From the NCBI GenBank assembly GCA_051942205.1, contig JAVECO010000025.1, forward strand, positions 124,001-167,147: a DNA stretch of 43,147 nucleotides, in the 5' to 3' direction. The position numbers and the translations under genes were made by a program. This DNA comes from Coniocarpon cinnabarinum. Lineage: Eukaryota. Below, piece after piece: positions 35,335 through 43,147 of the stretch (the stretch's first letter is position 1; every line of letters begins with the position of its first letter). The notes beneath the pieces were generated by a model. It was not told the origin of the DNA and did not search any database. It was given only the letters and a program-made list of their open reading frames with translations.

Positions 35335-37925
35335 TTATTGGTTATTGACATCTAGCTTCATTTCTTCCCTTCCCGCGTCGGCTTCTTTCACGGTGACAGT
35401 CTCAGTCCTCTTAAGCATGCCCAGTCCCTCGTCATGCTTCGTTGAATGCGCCCAAGTCCGGTACTGACACTTTCGCTCAATGCACTCCCTCTTCATCGCG
35501 CGCCACCAGTCAGCTAATGCGGTTTTCTTGTGCCCGTGACCCTCAATAGTCGATTCGCTAAGGGTGGAGGCCTTGCGATGCAAATGGCGGTGACATCCCA
35601 CGATGATGTTTCCCGTGAGCTCAACAATAAGGGCTGATATGATGAGCGCAGTGGTCACAGAGATAAGCTGCAGTGAGTTGAGGTTTTCCGCAAAGCCCAG
35701 GAAAACGATAGTAAAGCCTACTGCCGCGCGATACAGAAAGCGAGGCTGCCGCTTGAAGATGAAGGGAAAGCGAGACCCAGGCGCTGTCTGTATCTTTCGA
35801 TAAACATGGGTCTTTGAGATACCGCTCAGGCAAAGCATTCCAATGCCAAGCCCACCGGTGTAGAACCATCGCAGCCCTTCGGATATGTCCGGGTCAGATT
35901 TGAGCTGAGATGACGGGGCGAGCTGTGTGGCAGATGTGCCGGACACATCATCCGTCAAGACGAGCCGGGATAGAGCGGCCCCAGAGAGCACAAAAGCCAG
36001 AATCATAGGTAGGTGCAAGAGCATCCACAGCAATGCGCTGGAGACCGCACGGCGGAAGGCGTGCAGGTGGAGGTTGAAGCTGTCGATCTCGAAGTAAAGT
36101 GTATTCAGTGCGAATGCCTGTAGGAGACCGAGTATGGCTTTGCCGAGGAAAGCGTCGAATCCATCTGGTGAAGAGCTGCTGTACAAAAGTGACACGACAG
36201 AGTAGCCAAAAACAAGCGTGACAAAAGCATTGGTGCGGTCGATGCGATGTTCGATGTTGTTCGCTGGATAGAACTTGAAGATCTAAGCACGGAGTTGTTT
36301 AGCCGGAATGTCGCCTCATGCATAAGGGAAAGTTTAAGGACTTACATTCTCGACCCACGGCCTCGTGCTCTCATAGCGACGCATGCAACGGTGGAAGATG
36401 ACCACTGCCATCATCTAACGACCATATGTCAGCAAGATAAAGGCCTAACATCCCGTACGAAGAGCGAAGCATGTACAAACTTACCCCAAAAAGATCGAAA
36501 AATATTGCCACCCACTGTAGAGCTTTACAAGGCGGACCCATGAGGTGAACGCCACCTATCCAAAGCCCCGCTGGCAGAACGATAATGACTGCGTATAGCA
36601 GCAGCGTCACGCGGACTATCGGAATCAGCCATGCTGTCAAAAGCAGATACGCAGCTATAAAGAGTCGAGCACCGAGATAGTACGAGACGAGCGGCGTGTA
36701 AGTTTCGGTCATGTACTCTGAGATGTTGGTCGTGAAGCCAACCAGGCATGCTAACTGTGTACGAGAACGTCAGTCTTGTACTGCCTGAAGTGATGCGGGC
36801 AGTGGAGACCCAAGCTGACGATGAAAGCATGAGAGATGTCTTTTCATTGAAATAATGATCAAGGAGGAAAACCACGCAGACTGTGATGACTCACCTCCCA
36901 AACAATAAACGTTCTTCGCCAGATATCATCTTGATCGAACCAGTTCATTATCTGAACAATGTCGAACCATATTTTCCAGCTCCTGTATGTCATTTGTCAG
37001 GCTGTCCGGTATTAGAAGATGGGAAGACAGGATCATACATAATCTGGTTCGTCGAGTCAACACATACTCACCTTGACATATCGAGACTCGAGACACTTAC
37101 AAAAGTTGTTGAAAATCGTAGCAGCGCATTGCCGTCGGCTGCTTCAGCAGCATTGTCACCACTGATGGCAATTATGCCCACGTAGATCAAATCCAGAAAG
37201 AGTTCATAACTGGCAGTCTGCTCTTCCTCTTGGGCTCGCCACAGAAGTCCTTTATGAAAGTATTGGCGTAGGATAGGCCGTCGCCACACTCTCATAGCTT
37301 CTCCCTGAAATTTGAGCGCATGAAACTCGTCCAGGAGCTGCTGATTAGAACTCTGAATGCTGCAGCTTGACATTGACGTTGAATCAGAGGGGATATTGTT
37401 GAGGCTCGTGCCTGTGCTGCCGAGATCCTTCTCACGCGCACGTACATTGACACTGTAGCCGTATCTATTCAGCGCAGTGCTGAATTGGATTGGTCGATCG
37501 GTTACACGTCGGAGCTCCTCGGATAATGCTTCCATCTCCAGCAGAGCGCCTTCGGCTTGGAGGAACATATCACCATATTGTTCTTGTAACCCACATCGTC
37601 GCTCATTGTGATCGGAGTAGATACATCTCAGGGCTTCCATATGCTCATCGCTGCCACGGACGCATATTTCTATCCCATCGTCCCTTGGGAGAGTCCGTCT
37701 GAGTGATTCTGCTTCTGCAGGATCTTGAGCAATGTGATATCTGCGCCCATCCGGATGCACTAAATGGCTCAGTCGCGAATGGGTCTTCCGCAAGTTGTGG
37801 TGATGCAAATGATGACCATGTCGATGGTGGTTGCGATGCTCGGACTTCGTGGCTGGTGGGTGGTAGGAGACGGTACCAGACTCTGGATGGAGGGAATGTT
37901 TACCATGTTCAGTGGATTGTGCCAT
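35335..37925 (-). CDS. Low temperature requirement A (LtrA) family membrane protein, 6 exons
   Basis: ELFLDLIYVGII, IMSWKIWFD, EHRIDRTNAFVTLVFGYSVV, HAFRRAV, multiple TM helices. The spliced frame is intact and includes a 5-nt exon at 37043-37039. Confidence 0.88.
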
Positions 37926-38853
37926 CTTACGGTCGAGCAACAAGATTCAATTGGTTTACCCGCTGAAGGTTCACATGGAGTACGCAGAGGATGAGAACGA
38001 TCTTGCCAACTCACGGCTTGAAGGTTGGAAAAAAAGAACTTACATCGCTATCCTAGCTCTGAACGGCGTCCAGACGCTACTCTTATGCTGGAGCCTGCAC
38101 CCCTGGTGAAGCCATGTGCTCGCAGCGTTGCAAGTCAGGCAAAGACTGAAAGGGTTGTAGGTGAAGATAATATGGCCCTCCTTGGCCCCCCGGCCGACGC
38201 GCTAGTGACCATTGTACGTCGGGGTGTCGGACGAGGGCCAAAAGCGGGCATTACTGGACCCTCAGGCGTATTAAGAGGCGCGTTCAAATTTTGAGGGTTT
38301 GACCAATGTTGACTGCCTGTTTCTCGAGATGAGCGGTAGTGGAGACGGAGCATGATCCTCACCTTCGGAGCTGTCGGGGCGATCTTTGCTCTACTGGTTG
38401 CACTCGAGGCGATGGACACACGGGAACTCGACGATCGTAGCCAGTCTGAGACAATGGGCGCACCTTATTTATCCTCAGCGATTCCGCTGATGATTCAAGG
38501 CTGCCATGCGTCGTAGGGGATTGGAGCACGTGCGTAGGTATCTTCGTACTCGGAAAGTCGTGTGTCAAGCCCTAACGAGTCGGACGCGCAACGGCCTTCT
38601 AGAGCAGTACTTGCCGCACTATAATTCAGCGTCTTGTGAGTTATGAGGGACGTTCGCCGCTATACTCATAGCTTTAGGACTTAAATTAGCCTTATCGTAC
38701 AGGCTCGCTATCTGGACTTCAATAGCTATTGAAGCTACAAGCTCATTTAGTGTCTATTTTGTTAGTATCGCTAAAGCGACGACGGAATAATAGAAAGTAT
38801 AAGGTTATAATTGTATAGTATTTAGTATAGAGCTATAAAGAAGGTAGCTAGAG

Positions 38854-38871
38854 TATATATATATATATATA
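38854..38871. repeat. (TA)9 microsatellite
   Basis: tatatatatatatatata within the RIP block; could be a RIP-converted (CA/TG)n tract. Confidence 0.85.
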
Positions 38872-39563
38872 GTACTAAGAAATATAGTAGTTACAAAAGA
38901 TTATAGTAAGCCTATTTAGATGCTATAACGTCTAGTATTATATCTTATATCTATAGTACATAATATTAGATAACTAGTATAAGGTCTAAATTTCTAATAT
39001 TCTTCTATAATAATAATAGTAGTAGTAAGGTTAATTAGGCCTTCTATACTAATTATTTATATTAAGAAGTAAAAGTAGAGTATAGTAATTATACTTATTT
39101 AAAAAAAGATTAATCTATTAAGATTTAGCTAAGATATAAGTATTAATAGTAATATAGTTAATTTTATAGTAAAATAGTATTTAAAAGTACTAAAAAGAAG
39201 TTAAAAAGGCTATATTTTCTTAATTAAAAGTACCTCTTTTATGGTTACTAAATATACTAGAAATAGATTAGAGATATATACTAATTATAAGATATCTAGA
39301 TATAGAGAGATTAAATGGTAGTAAGTTATAACTATATATAATTACTATAATTACTACTAAGAGCTTCTAATAATATTAATACTAGTACTTTTACTACTAT
39401 TAATAATATAATAAGTATAGTATATAATTTCTTTATTACTAGAGTACGTCTACTAATAGTAATTAATAGTAGTATTAAATAATATAATATTTTTATAACT
39501 TAGAGCTTCTACTTATTATTATTAATAATATCTTTATAATAGAGCTTTTAGTTTAATAATATT

Positions 39564-39770
39564 AAATTACTTAGAAAATAAGTAATTATACTATAATAGT
39601 GTTTTTATAATTAAAGCTTCTAGTTAAATATAATATTTTTATATCTTAGAGCTTTTAGTATATCTTTCTACTTAGTATATAAGTATTATACTATAATAGT
39701 ATTTTTATAATTAGAGCTTCTAGTATATATAATAAATTACTTAGAAGGTAAGTAATTATACTATAATAAT
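39564..39770. repeat. Degenerate internal direct repeats in the RIP block
   Basis: aagta(a)ttatactataatagt-tttttataatta-agcttctag at ~39580-39623 and 39681-39723, partial copy at ~39750, and aaattacttagaa at 39564 and 39734. Confidence 0.75.
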
Positions 39771-40079
39771 AAGGTTATAAAATAAATTAGTTATATAAAT
39801 ATAGAGTTAGTATTATTATCTTTTTTTTTACTTTTCTATATATTTCTCTTACTTAGGTTAGTATAAATAAATTTACTATAATACTTTTATAGCTTCTAAA
39901 ATTCTAGTACTTTTTTTAGTTACTTATAGTAGTAGATCTCTTTATACTTAGAGTTATAGATATTATACTTCTTTTTTTCTAGTTACTTAAAGTTATATTT
40001 CTTAGTATAAAAGATAAAAATATTAGGGTAGTTAGTAGTAAGTACTTACTACTATATCTTGTAAGAATTTAGATCTAGA

Positions 40080-40245
40080 TGTAGGGAATCACGTGATGCG
40101 ATAGGGTATACAACCCTAAGGGCTTAGCACACAATTATTTAAGATAGACTCGTTACAGAGAAGCTTCCTTCTTCTCTATGCAACGTCCTTTATAGTTAGG
40201 CCGTCCTTAGGTAGTAATAAGAGCTTCTAGGTTATAATCCTTATA
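40080..40245 (+). repeat. Putative 5' LTR of the Ty3/gypsy element (~166 bp)
   Basis: Starts TGTAGGGA at a compositional boundary and ends TCCTTATA, consistent with a C-to-T-altered inverted terminus (TCCCTACA). No second LTR is available to confirm it. Confidence 0.55.
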
Positions 40246-40302
40246 TTACGTTGTATCTACCCTTCTACCGCTCTAAGCAAGCGCAAACTACTTAACCCCT
40301 AG

Positions 40303-40362
40303 CCTAGTCCTAGTCCTAGTCCAGTCCTAGTCTAGTCCTAGTCTAGTCCTAGTCCTAGTCCT
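40303..40362. repeat. (CCTAGT/CTAGT)n tandem repeat in the retroelement leader
   Basis: cctagtcctagtcctagtccagtcctagtctagtcctagtctagtcctagtcctagtcc read directly. Confidence 0.9.
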
Positions 40363-43058
40363 TTAAGCATCTGTTAAGATAGCTTCTTACTAAGAATTAC
40401 CTCCTAGTAGCTAGTAGACTGCTACTTAGTTAAATAACCCCTAAAACTTCTAGTACGCAGTTATAATAAACTTAAGTTAAGTTTTTTAAATACTTTAGTA
40501 ATCCTAGCAACTTCTAGCCTAAGTCCTAGTTTAATAGCTATTATTAGGTATCTAAGACCTAATTTAAGCTCTCTAGAACCTTTAGAAACCCTAAGAAACG
40601 ACTCTAAAGACTTCTAAGATTCTAGATCTAGAACTATACTAAGGTAAACCTTAGAAGCTTAAGCTTTTTGTATTAAAGCTCTTAAACAAGATTTAAGGTA
40701 ATATTAAGCTTTTTTTAACTAAGACATCTAAGGTTTAATATACCTATTTAAGGCTTTTAGACTAAGTAGTATAATAAGTCTAGACCTAGTTCTATAGCCT
40801 AAATAACTCCTAGTAATAATCTATAGTCTAGACGTTTAAGTAATTTATTACCTATCTCTAGACCTATTTTTAAGACTCTAGCGCCTATAAATAGGCTAAC
40901 TGCAAGCTTCTAAGCCTTAAGTAAAAGAATCGCTCTTTTTATAAGTTTTTAGTAGAGTTTAAAGACACCCTATAGAACTCTTTATATACTAATTAGCTAT
41001 AGTACGTAATACTATTTCTTTAAGATAACGTTTTAAATAAGTTATAAGACTTATTTATTATATAAGCTCTACTAATAGACTACTAGAAATTCTACTATAT
41101 CTATAAGAAGCGAGACGCACAAATTTAAGCTTATTAAGTTATAACTTTAGTACAGGTACCCTAAAGGCTAATTAGCCCTATCTAGGCTTTTATTTATTCT
41201 TAGTTTGTCTCTATCTAGACTCTAGTTTACGCTACTTCTATTTCTCTACTAAAACTATAGTTTCTAGTAACTTATCCTAGTACTAAGAAGACCGTCTCTT
41301 AAGAAAGTAATTAAATAGACCTTAATAAGTAATCCTAATAAAAGGGCTAAGATAGTTAACTTACCTAAGTTACTTAAGATATACGTTAAGTACTAGGCTA
41401 TTATCTTTATTACAATTAACTAGGTTATATTATAATTAACTATTCTCTAGGTATAAATATTTAATCCTCTACTACTAATTAGGCCCCCCTAGTATACAAA
41501 GATTAGTTAAAAGAGTAGCCCTTACTAAAAGTTGTAAGTAAGGGCCTATACATAAGAAATTCACCTAACTAGTTAAATCTATTAATTCTAAACTCTAAAT
41601 TAATCTTTAAGAAAATAAGTATATATTTATCTCTACTATAGCTATAAGTAGACTAATTAATATCCTTCTTAATATAAAAGCCTTAAGATTCGCTTTTATT
41701 AATATTTCTCTTATATAATCTCTCTAAAATGTCTTCTTCTATAAGCTACCTAGAGTAGTTACTGTCTATAACTTTAATAGTAAACTGTTTATCTAAATTA
41801 CTTATATTGCTATCTTTAAGCTCTAGATATTAAGATATAAAGAACTTCTTACTACTTTTGTTCTACCTATCTTAAAGTAGCTACTTGTCCTAGGCCTTCC
41901 CTAGATTAAAAAGTATTAACTAATCGCTAATTTTAGATAAAAAGAAATTACCTTTAGACTCCTCTATATTAAGTAGCAGTATTATAAGTTTAAGACAATA
42001 GTAGCTTATTATTAGAATTAAAAGCGCTAGTTGCCCGCTACTAAGCTAATACCTAAACAACCCTAGACTAGCTCTATTAAGACTACTAAGTCTCTATTAC
42101 CCTAGTCCCTACTATAGCTACCTAAGCCCCTAGCTATTAGTCTATACGCTACTACGTTTACCTAAGAAGTATACTATAAAGACGCTTAATTCTTTGCTCT
42201 TAGCCTTTAAGATCTTAACTATGTTCTTAATTAAGATTCGATACGCTAGGATATTTAATTTATACGGGTAAGAAATACGTCTATATAAATTCCTAAAGAC
42301 GTAGACCTATAAGACTTCCTACCTAAGAAGTACTAGGACTTCCTAGACGTTTTTAACTAATAAAAAGCTAAAGAACTACCCCCCTACTACGCTAAAGACT
42401 ATGCAATCTAGCTGTAGCTAGACAAGAAGCCTCTAAATTATAAGATCTACCCTATAAACCGCGAGTAGCTTAAGGCCCTTTATAGGCACCTAAAGAAAGA
42501 GCTTAGTAAAGGCTTTATCTACGTCTCTTACTTACTTGCTATAGCACTAGTTTTATTTGTTTAAAAGAGTAATAGAGATCTCCGCTTTTATATTAACTAC
42601 TAAGACCTTAATAAAGTTACTATTAAGAACCGCTACCTATTACCTCTAGTTACTAAAACCCTAGACCGCCTATTAAAGGCTTAATACTATATAAAGCTTA
42701 ATATTATCTTAGCGTTTAATAAGCTTTAAATTTAAGAGGGAGATAAGTAGAAAACTACCTTTTTAATATGCTATAGTCTATTTAAGTACCTAGTTATGCC
42801 CTTTAGTCTCTATAATAGTTTAGCTTCGTTTTAAGCCTATATTAATAAGGCCCTATATAGCCTGCTTAACGTCTTTTATACAGCCTATATAGATAATATC
42901 CTAATCTATAGCTCTAGTCTTTAAGAGTACTAACGGTATATATAAAAAGTGCTTTAATAGCTCTACGAGTTAGGCCTATAAGTTAATATTTTAAAGTGCG
43001 AATTCGATGCCTAAGAAGTCTAATATTTAGGGCTTATTATTAGCACCTAAGGCATTCG

Positions 43059-43147
43059 TAGGGTTAGGGTTAGGGTTAGGGTTAGGGTTAGGGTTAGGGT
43101 TAGGGTTAGGGTTAGGGTTAGGGTTAGGGTTAGGGTTAGGGTTAGGG
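43059..43147 (+). repeat. Telomere (TTAGGG)n, right chromosome end
   Basis: About 15 perfect TTAGGG units running to the end of the window with the G-rich strand 5'->3' outward. Confidence 0.98.

Larger units (their letters stand above)
38135..40079 (-). pseudogene. Probable host gene progressively destroyed by RIP (intact 3' end, AT-saturated 5' part)
   Basis: Unmutated last exons 38568-38363 and 38312-38135 joined by a 50-nt GTGAGG..GCAG intron. Upstream in the same frame (read to ~38820) the stops are all reversible to CAG/CAA/CGA. The extent beyond ~38820 is inferred. Confidence 0.5.
38600..43058. other. RIP-mutated AT-rich block
   Basis: Abrupt fall in GC, strong TpA excess, near-absence of CpA/TpG, and TAG/TAA in place of expected CAG/CAA/TGG codons. 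Confidence 0.93.
40080..43060 (+). mobile_element. RIP-inactivated Ty3/gypsy LTR retrotransposon, 3'-truncated in RT
   Basis: Protease relic ILLNIKALRFAFIN (=LLDTGASGFAFID) at ~41662. RT relics KNRYLLPL (42625), YLVMPFSL (~42787), YIDNILIYS (=YxDDILIYS, 42886), KCEF (42994), YLGLIIS. Protease followed directly by RT is the gypsy order; RNase H, integrase and 3' LTR are absent. Confidence 0.93.

Noticed and set aside
38600..40079. Centromere, mitochondrial insertion or telomere-linked helicase as the source of the AT-rich DNA
   Set aside because: The TpA-rich, CpA/TpG-poor pattern points to RIP, and no mitochondrial gene or RecQ motifs were recognisable.
40303..40362. Possible interstitial telomere or CRISPR-like array
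   Set aside because: The unit is CCTAGT/CTAGT, not CCCTAA, there are no spacers, and the context is a eukaryotic retroelement leader.

Overview
Right-hand end of a chromosome from a filamentous ascomycete (Pezizomycotina: short GT-AG introns with CTRAC branch points, RIP signature, (TTAGGG)n telomere). About 38 kb is gene-dense and of normal GC content. It holds a 7-exon divergent Hop1-like HORMA gene, a fungal transcription-factor-like gene, HUL5/UBE3C HECT ligase, an isolated Mer3-like C-terminal zinc-finger ORF, an asco-laccase, a Uds1-domain protein, YME1, a GH76, an LRR protein, MDP1 with an in-frame TGA, small orphan genes, a TIM-barrel pseudogene with five stops, a small secreted Cys protein and an LtrA-family gene with a 5-nt micro-exon. 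Beyond ~38.6 kb the DNA becomes AT-rich through RIP. First comes an apparent host gene destroyed in a gradient, then a Ty3/gypsy retrotransposon cut inside its reverse transcriptase and capped directly with telomere repeats. Gene models were assembled by hand from splice signals and remembered family motifs; no database searches were run.
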